A stretch of 64,000 nucleotides of DNA, from positions 1,488,001 through 1,552,000 of the forward strand of contig CATNEN010000007.1 in NCBI GenBank assembly GCA_950097015.1. The letters are read 5' to 3'. Below, piece by piece: positions 39,296 through 63,660 of the stretch. The notes beneath the pieces are model-generated. The model made no database searches and was not told the origin of the DNA. It worked only from the letters and a program-made list of their open reading frames with translations. This stretch comes from Macrostomum hystrix. Lineage: Eukaryota > Animalia > Platyhelminthes. A program made the position numbers and the translations under genes. Numbering within the stretch: position 1 is the first letter of the stretch; the number at the start of each line of letters is the position of its first letter.

Positions 39296-39303
39296 TATAT
39301 AAA
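39296..39303 (+). promoter_or_regulatory. Candidate TATA box (TATATAAA) upstream of the ACBD3-like gene
   Basis: Consensus TATA followed by a likely non-coding exon with donor tag|GTAAGT (about 39518) and acceptors at about 39615 and 40331. Confidence 0.35.
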
Positions 39304-40404
39304 CAGGCGTGCAGAATATTTTTGCTTTCTTTGCTTACTCTGCTTTGCTTAAGTTGGCAATTTTGCTTGCGTATTCATCCCTCTCCCTTCCTCCCACTGC
39401 TCAAAAATAATTCTGCACTTTTTCGAATCTAGCATCCACTGTAGAAGATCTCTACCTTTTTTGCAAAAGCTTTAACCTTATTTATTTACCGATCGGCGTT
39501 TTGAAAAGGTCATTTAGGTAAGTTTTCAAATCAACAGTTTTTTAATTAAGTCAACGTTTTTGCATTCAACCGCTAGCGTGTGTAGAGCTGTGTGTACTTT
39601 TTCTCGTGTTGCAGGCGTCCTAGATAAGAATTTTATCGCATGTAAAAAATTTTACGGAGAGTCCCTTTCTTGCATCGGACGCTACTGGATGTTGGGCTGT
39701 GAGCACAGACTCGGACTTGGATAAATGTTTCGTCCAGAAAAATTGTGTTGCTGGCCTCGCTGCGCAAGATTTACGAGAGAAACGCATTTGCGTTGATTAG
39801 ATTTGGGAACATTTTTTTGCTAATCCCAAGTTAACAAATCCGAATATGAGATTGCCTAGGCTTAGTCATACCTACCACCCAGCCCGCCACCTTGCTTTAA
39901 TTCACCACACCCATTTTTAACTGCATGTATACTCTTTGGCCATCATCAAACTCGGTTGGTTTATCTACAGATCAACCATGCTCACTATAAAATTCGCCTA
40001 CCCTATTTCTCTCAAACGCACAAAAATGACTACTCGAAAACACTCCTCATATTGTGTACCGTATTATTTTTATTTGAGCAGAACAAGCAGCTTACTGGTT
40101 AATCAATTGGGCTTTCAGTTTGATTGCATTTTTAATGATAATTAAATTAAAATATGAGACATGAGAAAATGCACTCCGCGAAATCATTGAGCAGCTTAAA
40201 AATAGAATATTTAATTTTATGAAGCTTTTCTTAATCTGGTTGATCTCCAGAAATCAAAATCTGCATGCGAATACACAGCGAGACAGTGTTAAGCAATTTT
40301 TGTTGATTAAGCTGCAATTCTCTTCTTTCAGTGGCTTGTCTTTCAAATTGATATAAAAAGTGTGACAAAAAGCTGAACTTAGCGGACCCTGACATCGAAT
40401 TTAA

Positions 40405-42565
40405 ATGTCTGACGAGCCACAGCTAGAGCAGCAGCAGCAGCACGAGATGACAGAACAGGAGCAGCAAACTGGCGATCAGCTGCAGCAGCAGTTTACTCAA
40501 GAGGAACTTACCCGGCGACAGCAGCAAGAGTGAGTGCAGTGCTATGTTTGAGATCCTTCTGCGGTCAGCGCTTTGGCTTCTGAGGCACTATAGTTTTTCC
40601 TCGTCCTCAGACTAGACAGCCATTATCTCAGATCCTCTGATTAAAAAGCCATCCTCCCAGGTCCTCATATGGAGCAGCCATCCTCCCAGATGCTCAGGTT
40701 AAGCAGTCCTCCTCCCAGATGCTCAGGTTAAGCAGTCATCCTCCCAGATGCTCAGGTTAAGCAGTCATCCTCCCAGATGCTCAGGTTAAGCAGTCATCCT
40801 CCCAGATGCTCAGGTTAAGCAGTCATCCTCCCAGATGCTCAGGTTAAGCAGTCATCCTCCCAGATGCTCAGGCTAAGCAGTCATCCTTCCAGATGCTCAG
40901 GTTAAGCAGTCATCCTCCCGGATGCTCAAGTTGAGCAGCTATCCTCCCAGATCCTTCTCAGACAATATTTTATGCAACTGTTACCTTCTCAATTGTTTCT
41001 CGGCTCTCCGCCTAGATCTCAGATTCGCGAAGCCCTGAAGCAGCAGACGGCCATCCAGTTCCGACAGTACGCCACCGAGCAGCACCCCAACGATGCAGCC
41101 AAGCAGCTAGAGCTCATTAGCCAGCTGCAGGAGCAGCACTATCAGCAGTACATGAGTCAGGTGTACCTCATGCAGCTGCGTCACCAGGAGGAGCAGGCCA
41201 AGCAGCTGCGCATGAAGCGCAGGCAGCTTAGCACTGCAAGCAGCGGCGTCGCTGGTGACGGCGCGGACGTCGAAGATGGAGGAGTTGGAGAACCTGGAAC
41301 TACGGCAGCTGGCGAAGGAGAAGACAATACTGCCGCTCCGGCGATGGCAGTTCTACCACTGTCTAGCGGCGACGCTGAGGCGGAAGGCTTTGACGGTGCG
41401 CGCTGGTTTTATTTAAATATCATCCTCACTCCGCTACCCACCTCACTCCGCCACCCACCTCGCTCCGCCACCCACCTCACTCCGCTACCCATCTCACTCC
41501 GCTACCCACCTCACTCCACTACCTACTTTACGCAACTTCCACGTGACTCTGTAAACGTGCTGATATTAAATTACTGATAAGATGACTGCAGTTTAAATAT
41601 TTGCGTCCTGTCACAACACTCAATAATTTTGCAGAGCCTCTACCAGAAATGCCGCAACTCATTCCGGCCAGCGTGTGGACTCGTCAAAATATAGCAGAGT
41701 TTAAAAAGGAGATACTTCGTGATAGCAAGCACTGCTGTATCAAGATCGGCTCTCTGGCTACGGCCACAGTGAGTGCTGCGAACTTACAGTGCATCTGACC
41801 TTTCTGAGTAACTTTGTTTTTATTTAGTGGATAAAAATAATTAATACATACCGTTAATCCAGGTACGCGTGCCAACCCACGAAGAGGGAACCTGCCTTGT
41901 CTGGGAATTCGCAACTGATCACTACGATCTGGGATTTGGCGTCTATTTCGAATGGACCATCTCGCCCTCGGACAAGGTGACGGTGCACATTAGCGAGAGC
42001 TCGGACGAGGAGGACGACGAAGAAGGAGAGGAAGGAGAACAGACTCGCGGAGATGGTGGTAAATTTTCTGGGAAAGCCACCGGTGTTCATTTGTTTTACG
42101 GACGACATCACTGCGCCACCAACCTCACTCTGTCGGTTGAGGTTCACTGCACTCCGTCGGTTGAGCTGCACTCCGTCGCCCACCTCACTCCGTCGCCCAC
42201 CTCACTCCGTCGCCCACCTCACTCCGCCGCCCACCTCACTCCGCCGCCCACCTCACTACGCCGCCCATCTTACTCCGTCACCCACCTCACTCGGTCGCAA
42301 ATCTCACTCCATCTCAAACCTCACTTCAATTTTCCTTGCAGATGTCGAACGTCCTGAAGATCCCGAACGAGGTTCACGTCGACGCCGTGATGACGACAAG
42401 GCCATTGACGAAATCATACCAGTGTACAGGCGCGACTGTCACGAAGAAGTCTACTGCGGCAGCCATCAGTACCCTGGCAAGGGTGTGTACTTGTTGAAGT
42501 TTGACAATTCCTATTCGTTGTGGCGCTCGAAGTGGCTCTATTACCGCGTGTACTACACCAGGTAG
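40405..42565 (+). CDS. ACBD3: ACBD3/GCP60 (TMED8-like) Golgi adaptor: Q-rich domain plus GOLD domain, 5 exons, 352 aa, no ACB domain seen
   Basis: Exons 40405-40529, 41016-41395, 41635-41768, 41863-42058 (alternative donor 42055) and 42342-42565; total 1059 nt in frame. Motifs [23 protein letters not shown]...[17 protein letters not shown] (Q domain), [37 protein letters not shown] and [37 protein letters not shown] (GOLD). Confidence 0.9.
40670..40950. repeat. 29-bp intronic minisatellite cagtcatcctcccagatgctcaggttaag
   Basis: Directly visible, in the first coding intron of ACBD3. Confidence 0.93.
41425..41525. repeat. 18-bp intronic repeat cacctcactccgc(t/c)accc
   Basis: Directly visible; same family as 42115-42325. 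Confidence 0.85.
42115..42325. repeat. 18-bp intronic repeat cacctcactccg(t/c)cgccc
   Basis: Directly visible, in the last ACBD3 intron. Confidence 0.88.
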
Positions 42566-42710
42566 ACAATTGACAGGTCCTGAACTGTCTTCGGATGAGA
42601 CAAGGAGACCTAGTCCAGCGCTCGTGCTGTGTCCCTCTTGATGTGTCTCGATTATTGTTTATATCCATATTTGTGTCATGCCTCAACTGTTGTCTCCATT
42701 GTTGTCTTGA

Positions 42711-43054
42711 GTTCCCAGATCTTGAGATCCCAGATCTTGAGATCCCAGATCTTGAGATCCCAGATCTTGAGATCCCAGATCTTGAGATCCCAGATCTTGA
42801 GATCCCAGATCTTGAGATCCCAGATCTTGAGATCCCAGATCTTGAGATCCCAGATCTTGAGATCCCAGATCTTGAGATCCCAGATCTTGAGTTCCCAGAT
42901 CTTGAGATCCCAGATCTTGAGATCCCAGATCTTGAGATCCCAGATCTTGAGTTCCCAGATCTTGAGTTCCCAGATCTTGAGTTCCCAGATCTTGAGATCC
43001 CAGATCTTGAGTTCCCAGATCTTCAGATCCCAGATCTTCAGATCCCAGATCTTG
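42711..43054. repeat. 15-bp minisatellite cccagatcttgagat in the presumed ACBD3 3' UTR
   Basis: Directly visible; PDLEI, SQILR and QDLGS ORFs. Confidence 0.97.
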
Positions 43055-43873
43055 TGAAGATTTTTGTGTTCTGATTTTTGTCCAACTTGTCAACAGCACC
43101 TAAGAGGCATTCAATGAAATTTTAACAGACGGAAAAAGTTTTAGTTTTGAGTATCTTTTAATTGTGTCGCACCATATTTTCGGTGTATAAGAGCATGTTT
43201 CTCTTCTTGACCGTATTCTATTTATAAAATTGCTAGTTATTTAGCTCATCTTTCCCAAGTTTTGTGTTTTGCTTGTAGAGTTTCTAAAATAAAATAAAAT
43301 GAATTTTTTGAAAAAGCAAATTGTGTATTTCATCTTTTTTCCCCATAAATTTATTTCAGTTTTATTAAGAAACAAATTGAATTTGAATAAGAAAGCCATT
43401 TTAATGATTGTTGCAGTTCTGTATTTATTGTAACACCTGTGACTGTTAATCAGATTTCTATTGTGCACTAGTCTGCTATAATATGTTTATATCAAATCCC
43501 ACATTCGTTGGAATCCATTCAGATTATTAATACTCGTAGTATTTGTATGTATTTATAGTCGTATTACATGCTTTGTGTCAGTATGAATAACCATTTGCAC
43601 TGAATATTTGTGTAAGAAGTTTATTTGACACAATTCATATTTCCTACCTAGTCAGCAAGTTTTTTTCTATTTCGTTCTGTTGTTTTTGCTTGCAAAGTTT
43701 TAAGACGAGGAAAACAGCTTACAACAATGCACGAAATAAATGTTTTATAATATCGGCGTGTTGTATCCCAAAGCTTGACTGCTTTTGTATTGTCTATTTT
43801 TAGGCGAATTTTGTTTTACTTCTTTTTCAAAAATATCTAGGCGTATTTAGGCTACTGATACTACTGATTTAAA

Positions 43874-55659
<11,786 letters not shown>

Positions 55660-56004
55660 GGAATAGTTTGTTTTCCCGCTCACCTGTTAATCCAGTGCAC
55701 TCAGAATTGTCTTATCTAATTATAACTTGCCCCATTGTGCTTCAAATCTCTTCTTCCGTGTCTTTGTCTTTTTTAGAATCCCACAAATCTTTGTTGCAAT
55801 TGTTAGGTTTATTTTCCTCGTTCTTTCTTTCAATGTTAGTCGCTGTAATTACCAGCAACGACCAAAGTTTTGTTCTAGTTGAAATCACATACAGATAGGT
55901 TGCTCAGCTTGATTGTTTCGTAGGGATTTCCCACTTTTCAAAATATTGAATCGGATTTGCTATCGGAGGTCCCCATGTTAAGATTTCCCCATTTTAGATT
56001 AAAA

Positions 56005-56665
56005 TGTTGGGATTTCCCCTTCGCCGATACTCATGATGGGATTTCCCCTTCGCCGATACTTATGATGGGATTTCCCCTTCGCCGATACTCATGATGGGAT
56101 ATCTCCTTCACCGATACTCATGATGGGATTTCCCCTTCGCCGATACTCATGATGGGATTTCCCCTTCGCCGATACTCATGATGGGATATCCCCTTCACCG
56201 ATACTCATGATGGGATTTCCCCTTCGCCGATCCACACGATGGGATTTCCCCTTCACCGATTCACATCATGGGATATCCCCTTCACCGATACTCATGATGG
56301 GATTTCCCCTTCACCGATACTCATGATGGGATTTCTCCTTCTCCGATTCACATCATGGGATATCCCCTTCACCGATTCACATCATGGGATATCCCCTTCA
56401 CCGATTCACATCATGGGATATCCCCTTCCCCCGATCCAAATGATGGGATTTCCCCTTCACCGATTCACATCATGGGATATCCCCTTCCCCGATCCAAATG
56501 ATGGGATTTCCCCTTCACCGATTCACATCATGGGATATCCCCCTTCACCGATTCACATCATGGGATATCCCCTTCACCGATCCAAATGATGGGATTTCCC
56601 CTTCACCGATTCACATCATGGGATATCCCCTTCACCGATCCACATGATGGGATTTCCCCTTCAAA
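56005..56665. repeat. 29-bp minisatellite gggatttccccttcgccgatactcatgat
   Basis: Directly visible, downstream of the SEL1L stop codon. Confidence 0.95.
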
Positions 56666-57233
56666 GATGCAAATGTTGGGAGGGATTTCCCACATTATTA
56701 CGAGAAGCTCAATTAAGTTCGCAGTACTTCGCAGTTCTACGCTCTTCTGCTTTAAACCGCTGAGTTTCTAGTCAGAAGATGACCAAGCTTTTTCATGCGT
56801 TTATTGTTGCGGATGTGATCACTATGACACTTCATATGAGCTGGCGAGTCACCAGAACGATGGTTATTTACAGATAGTTTCCAAACTAGTTCTAGCACAT
56901 CTCTTCATTTCTCTCTTTGTCTATCTCTCTCAAATCCATGGCCATCCGCTGGTGTGTGGTCGATTTGTGTGAATTCGTTAAATAAAATGATCAGTTATGC
57001 TGTGTAGACACTTCATTTCATGTTTAACCTATTCGCTTTATTGAAACCTATAAATACTTATATGAGCTCATTCTTTTGTCTGCTCTTAGTAATGCCAATC
57101 TGCTTTACAGATTGTCTGTTTGCTGATGCTCACGGATTCCTGTTGAGGAATTAAGTAACATTTATTTTGTTCTCAAATACTTTAACACTTGTTTTCGTCC
57201 TTTCTCACGTGTTCACGTGTAACGTTAAATAGG

Positions 57234-58490
57234 GGTGTCATGTGTTAGATATTGCTGTCATGTGTTAGATATAGCTGTCATGTGTTAGATATAGCTGTCA
57301 TGTGTTAGACATGGATGTCATGTGTTAGATATAGCTGTCATGTGTTAGATAGAGCTGTCATGTGTTAGATATAGCTGTCATGTGTTAGACATGAATGTCA
57401 TGTGTTAGACATGGGTGTCATGTGTTAGATATAGCTGTCATGTGTTAGATATAGCTGTCATGTGTTAGATATAGCTGTCATGTGTTAGATATAGCTGTCA
57501 TGTGTTAGATATAGCTGTCATGTGTTAGATATAGCTGTCATGTGTTAGATATAGCTGTCATGTGTTAGATATAGCTGTCATGTGTTAGATATAGCTGTCA
57601 TGTGTTAGATATAGCTGTCATGTGTTAGATATAGCTGTCATGTGTTAGATATAGCTGTCATGTGTTAGATATAGCTGTCATGTGTTAGATATAGCTGTCA
57701 TGTGTTAGATATAGCTGTCATGTGTTAGACATGAATGTCATGTGTTAGACATGGGTGTCATGTGTTAGATATAGCTGTCATGTGTTAGATATAGCTGTCA
57801 TGTGTTAGATATAGCTGTCATGTGTTAGATATAGCTGTCATGTGTTAGATATAGCTGTCATGTGTTAGATATAGCTGTCATGTGTTAGATATAGCTGTCA
57901 TGTGTTAGACAGGGATGTCATGTGTTAGACATGAATGTCATGTGTTAGACATGGATGTCATGTGTTAGACATGGATGTCATGTGTTAGACATGGATGTCA
58001 TGTGTTAGACATGGATGTCATGTGTTAGATATAGCTGTCATGTGTTAGACATGAATGTCATGTGTTAGATATAGCTGTCATGTGTTAGATATAGCTGTCA
58101 TGTGTTAGATATAGCTGTCATGTGTTAGATATAGCTGTCATGTGTTAGACAGGGATGTCATGTGTTAGACATGGATGTCATGTGTTAGACATGGATGTCA
58201 TGTGTTAGACATGAATGTCATGTGTTAGACATGGATGTCATGTGTTAGACATGGATGTCATGTGTTAGACATGAATGTCATGTGTTAGACATGGTTATCA
58301 TGTGTTAGACTTAGATGTCATGTGTTAGACATGGATGTCATGTTTTAGGCAGGGATGTCATGTGTTAGGCAGGGATGTCATGTGTTAGACAGGGATGTCA
58401 TGTGTTAGACAGGGATGTCATGTGTTAGGCAGGGATGTCATGTGTTAGGCAGGGATGCCATGTGTTAGACAGGGATGTCACTGTTAGACA
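57234..58490. repeat. 20-bp satellite tgtcatgtgttagatatagc (about 60 units)
   Basis: Directly visible. Confidence 0.98.
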
Positions 58491-59049
58491 TTAGTGAATA
58501 TTAGTGATATCATATGTTCGATCTGCATGACACAGTGGCTATTCTGGGTTGAATTATACTGGCACATATTTGTGAGTCCATGACCCGGGTCTTTGAAGAC
58601 TTCGAGACGAGTCGTCCCGCTAAGTCCCTAATCTGCACCTTAGTGTGAGTCAAGAAGGTATTTCAGCGCCAGTAATCTCTGTGCGAAGCCTCTCACAGTT
58701 CATGAAGAGGCGCTTGTGCCATTAGTGAACCGAGAAACGCATTACCTATGGTACCTCAGCAATAGCCGAGCCATGAAACCTACAGCCCAGCGACCACCAC
58801 CTGCTGCCTTCTGTCACTTGCCGCTGACTTCACCTTGGCTTGACCTTGTGTTTTGTGTCAGCGAGTGACATTCTTAGGCCTTTGGACCTGTCCTAATTCA
58901 AATTATCCGCTCCATCGAATAGATAAACTAATAGATTCTACCTGTCTGACATTGACTGATTGATAATAACAGCGGTTATTAAATGAGCTTTGGACTCTTT
59001 TGATGATTCTGGATTGTGTCAGATCATGCGATATCGTCGACATCGAGTG

Positions 59050-59460
59050 TCATATCATAGGATTTAAGTGTCAGATCATGGGATTTAAGAGTCAGATTAT
59101 TGGATTTAAGTGTCAGATCATGGGATTTAGGAGCTAGATTATGGGATTTAAGAGTCAGATTATGGGATTTAAGTGTCAGATCATGGGGTTTAAGAGCTAG
59201 ATTATGGGATCTAAGAGTCAGATTATAGGATTTAAGTGTCAGATCATGGGGTTTAAGAGCTAGATTATGGGATCTAAGAGTCAGATTATAGGATTTAAGT
59301 GTCAGATCATGGAATGTAAGAGCTAGATTATGGGATTTAAGTGTCAGATCATGGGATTTAGGAGCTAGATTATGGGATTTAAGAGTCAGATTATGGGATT
59401 TAAGTGTCAGATTATGGGATTTAAGTGTCAGATTATGGGATTTAAGTGTCAGATGATTGG
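59050..59460. repeat. 21-bp minisatellite gggatttaagtgtcagatcat
   Basis: Directly visible. Confidence 0.92.
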
Positions 59461-59861
59461 GATATTAACCATTGTACTGTTAGCTGCATTTTCACACGGA
59501 AGTAAGTACTAAAAAGTTAATATCTTAAGTCATGAAAACATTTTGCTTTTTTACACGCAAATTGAACTCGACTTTTTAGTCTTATTTGTATTCTCTGCAT
59601 TTTCTGTATTCTCTGCATTTTCTGTATTCTCTGCATTTTCTGTACTCTTTGCGCAGGCCGTCTGTAATCCCTTTTGTAAACTTGATATCATTTCCTTGTG
59701 GGCGAAATCTTTGTCTTCCCATGTGATCTAAAAAGGTATCATAAGGATCAATCATTGCAACAATGACTGCGAATAGGTTTAATAGAAAAATGATTAGTCG
59801 AATCTGCGAATTTGAAGCACATGTACTTTACGCTAAATATAATTAAACATCCTTGACAGGG

Positions 59862-60855
59862 GCATCCTGTGTTAGACATGGGTGTCATGTGTTAGACATG
59901 GATATCATGTGTTAGATATGGATATCATGTGTTAGACATGGATATCATGTGTTAGATATGGGTGTCATGTGTTAGATATGGGTGTCATGTGTTAGACATG
60001 GATATCATGTGTTAGACATGGATATCATGTGTTAGACATGGGTGTCATGTGTTAGATATGGGTGTCATGTGTTAGATATGGGTGTCATGTGTTAGATAGG
60101 GGTGTCATGTGTTAGATAGGGGTGTCATGTGTTAGATATGGGTGTCATGTGTTAGATAGGGGTGTCATGTGTTAGATAGGGGTGTCATGTGTTAGATATG
60201 GGTGTCATGTGTTAGATAGGGGTGTCATGTGTTAGATAGGGGTGTCATGTGTTAGACATGGGTGTCATGTGTTAGACATGGTGTCATGTGTTAGATATTG
60301 GTGTCATGTGTTAGATAGGGGTGTCATGTGTTTAGATATGGGTGTCATGTGTTAGACATGGATGTCATGTGTTAGATATGGGTGTCATGTGTTAGATAGG
60401 GGTGTCATGTGTTAGATATGGGTGTCATGTGTTAGATAGGGGTGTCATGTGTTAGACATGGGTGTCATGTGTTAGACATGGTGTCATGTGTTAGATATTG
60501 GTGTCATGTGTTAGATAGGGGTGTCATGTGTTAGATATGGGTGTCATGTGTTAGATAGGGGTGTCATGTGTTAGATAGGGGTGTCATGTGTTAGATATTG
60601 GTGTCATGTATTAGACATGGGTTTCATGTGTTAGACATGGATGTCACGTGTTAGATATGGGTGTCATGTGTTAGATAGGGGTGTCATGTGTTAGATAGGG
60701 GTGTCATGTGTTTGATATGGGTGTCATGTGTTAGACATGGGTGTCATGTGTTAGATAGGGGTGTCATGTGTTAGACATGGGTGTCATGTGTTAGATAGGG
60801 GTGTCATGTGTTAGATAGGGGTGTCATGTGTTAGATATAGGTGTCATGTGTTGTT
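59862..60855. repeat. 20-bp satellite tgtcatgtgttagatatggg, same family as 57234-58490
   Basis: Directly visible. Confidence 0.97.
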
Positions 60856-61157
60856 GTGTAATGTTTTAGAATGGGCTTATATTAAGCACGCGAGCAGTGC
60901 CTCAGATGGATGGTTGGTAACTCCTATAATTCTGGAAATTGTTTTAGAAAATAATCTTCCGATTAGAAATCGAGACCGAAAATAGGTTCGATAAAAGTTT
61001 TTTCCATCAATACATTGTTAACAGCATTCGCAATTTTGTACAGATTAGTGTAAATAATATTTTATTATTTTATTTGCAATTTACAGATTAATAAGTCAGA
61101 GAATGGGGATATTTTTAGGATCCATAGGACATTTGTCAAGACCGAGTAAGTCCCGCA

Positions 61158-62805
61158 TCAAACGTAGCCGTCGTCGAACTCCTGATCGCCTCGCCAGTCC
61201 TGTCCGCAGCCGAGCCCGACCCCGCCAGCCTCCCTTGCCTCATTCGCCTTGCACTCCTTGGCCACGGCCAATTCCACCTTCACCTGCTCCGCCTCCTTGA
61301 AGCTCACCGACTCCTCCGCGCTTCTCCTCGGACGGGCGTCCAGAAGCGGCCGAGTTGAAGAAGCCAGCCGCGTGGCCGGGGAAGCCTGGCGGATCAGGTG
61401 CTGGTGCTGGCTGTAGCCGCTGATTGGCCCGTTGCCTCCGAGGCCCCCGCCGCCGCCGTCGCCGCCAAAGCAGCAGCAGAAGCAGCAGGCCAGAGCTCGC
61501 CTATAGCCAGTCCTGAACCTCTGCGACATGAAATAATAAACTATCGGATTGCTCATCGAGTTAACGAAGCCGATCAGGTGCAGCAGAACCATCAGCAGCA
61601 CGTAGTTCTTGTCGTACATTTTGTGATAGAACAGGCCGATGACATTGGCTGAATACCAGGGCACCCAGGAGACCAGGTAGAGACAGGCTACAACTACCAT
61701 CATCTTGGCCACCTGCAAGATTAACAAGTTTTTTACGGACATGCTCTCGTAGAGAGATTCCACAGCCTGTGTACAACTGTTTAGTCCATGGACTGTGCGG
61801 GCCGCCCACTCATCCAACAAAAATTTCTACCCCAGCTGCTAGTGTCTTGCTCAATGATAAAAATTGACTCCATTGAGTTGGGATTCGAACTCCCAACCTC
61901 TCGATCAGAAGTCTAAAATATCTAATCTGTAAATATCTTAAACCACAGCGCACTAAATCCCTTCATGTTCAGTTGTCCGAATCCGAGCCTGCAGTCACCG
62001 CAGGCTAAGAGGCAGTAGAAGGCAGAGGAGAACAGACATGAGCCTGCAATGCGATCTACTGCCGCAGAGGATGGCATTCTCAATGGGACCCTGAGAAAAA
62101 AACCCTACTAAAAGCGGAGAAATCTGAGAAGCAAGCAACCATAAGTACGCCAAGAAACGTCAAGCAGCTGTCGTTTCCTTCGCCCATCTCTCCATCAAGC
62201 TCTTCCCAATTTCGCTGGGAGTAAATTGAGAGACAGACGGAGAGAAAGTCAAGAAATTCAGGCAAACTTTGAGACTTGAGGTGTAGGCCGTCATCCAGGG
62301 GGGGGGTCATAAAATCGATAAGCTGTTCTTCTGTGAGAGATTTGAGCTGTTTTTTGGTCCAAATGGTGTTTCTCAAAGGTCAGCAAAACCTTAATCTCTT
62401 GCCTTTCGCTTGCTCTCCTCGCGACTTCCGCCTCCGCCACCGCCGCTGCCACCGCCGGCGACGCCGACTGTTCCGCAGGCGTCGAGTTGTACAGGCTCCG
62501 GTCTGACCAACGCCAGAACGATGGCGCAGGAGGTGTAAGCCACCACCAGCAGTGGGCACAGGAATAGCAGCACGAAGGAGGACAGGACGTAGACGTTGCG
62601 TCCGATTCTATCGAAATTGTCCAGGCAGTGCTGATTGCGCATCTCGCCGTACTGGCTGACGCTGTAGAAGGGCGTCGGCTGGGCGTGCAGCGCCTGCACC
62701 AGGCAGAAGGCGCTTGGCACCGCCCAGGTCAGCAGGATGAACAGGCGGGTGCGGCGGTTCGATTGGAACAGGCGACTCCGCAGTGGATGAACAATGGCCA
62801 GAAAG
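61158..62805 (-). CDS. Class A neuropeptide GPCR (QRFP/orexin/allatotropin-receptor-like); last two exons (TM3 end to C-terminus), 5' exons beyond the right edge
   Basis: Exon 62805-62403: (R)FLAIVHPLRSR...FILLTWAVP (TM4), C in ECL2, YVLSSFVLLFLCPLLVVAYTS (TM5). Exon 61712-61158: VAKMMVVVACLYLVSWVPWY (TM6, SWxP), LHLIGFVNSMSNPIVYYFMSQRFR (TM7, NPxxY, helix 8), CFCCC palmitoylation cluster. The upstream intron is phase 2 inside the DRY/ERF motif. Ligand subfamily is inferred only. Confidence 0.9.
61765..61960 (-). mobile_element. Third, internally deleted copy of the CORE-like SINE, inside the GPCR intron
   Basis: Reverse complement reads ...gagaggttggGAGTTCGAATCCcaac...ttgagcaagacacta-cagctggggtag...cagtccatggactaaacagttgtacacagg, colinear with 38562-38780. 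Confidence 0.7.
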
Positions 62806-62899
62806 CTGGGTGCAGGTTTGGTGGAGGTTTTTGGAATTCTATCTCTTCTGGTGCGATTTTAATGAGAGATTGTAACTTCTTACTGCGCACAGTTGGGGT

Positions 62900-63660
62900 A
62901 GGAGTTTTGGAGGTTTTATGAGATGTTTGCGGTGGGGTAAGAGTTTTGCGGAGTTGTGTGCAGTGGGGGTAGGAGTTTTGGGGGTTGTGTGCAGTGGGGA
63001 TAGCAGTTTTGGGGGTTGTGTACAGTGGGGGTAGGAGTTTTGGGGGTTGTGTGCAGTGGGGGTAGGAGTTTTGGGGGTTGTATGCAGTGGGGATAGGAGT
63101 TTTGGGGGTTGTGTGCAGTGGGGGTAGGAGTTTTGGGGTTGTGTGCAGTGGGGATAGGAGTTTTGGGGGTTGTGTGCAGTGGGGATAGGAGTTTTGGGGG
63201 TTGTGTGCAGTGGGGGTAGGAGTTTTGGGGGTTGTGTGCAGTGGGGATAGGAGTTTTGGGGGTTGTGTGCAGTGGGGGTAGGAGTTTTGGAGGTTTTATG
63301 AGATGTTTGCGGTGGGGTAAGAGTTTTGCGGAATTGTGTGAAGTGGGGGTAGGAGTTTTGGGGGTTGTGTGTGCAGTGGGGGTAGGAGTTTTGGGGGTTG
63401 TGTGTGCAGTGGGGGTAGGAGTTTGGGGTTGTGTGCAGTGGGGGTAGGAGTTTGGGGTTGTGTGCAGTGGGGATAGGAGTTTTGGGGGTTGTGTGCAGTG
63501 GGGATAGGAGTTTTGGGGGTTGTGTGCAGTGGGGGGTAGGAGTTTTGGGGTTGTTTGCAGTGGGGGTAGGAGTTTTGGGGTATTGTGTGCAGTGGGGGTA
63601 GGAGTTTTGGGGTATTGTGTGCAGTGGGTGTAGGAGTTTTGGGTGTTGTTGCAGTGGGCT
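62900..63660. repeat. About 31-bp G-rich intronic minisatellite gtgtgcagtggggataggagttttgggggtt
   Basis: Directly visible; explains ORF 62839..63750; a variant block recurs at about 62914 and 63294. Confidence 0.94.

Noticed and set aside
39181-39432. ORF containing SLYKQA, resembling the ACB-domain YKQA motif upstream of ACBD3
   Set aside because: The motif is simply the translation of TATATAAACAGG (a TATA-like box). Other ACB residues are absent and there is no in-phase splice path to the gene.
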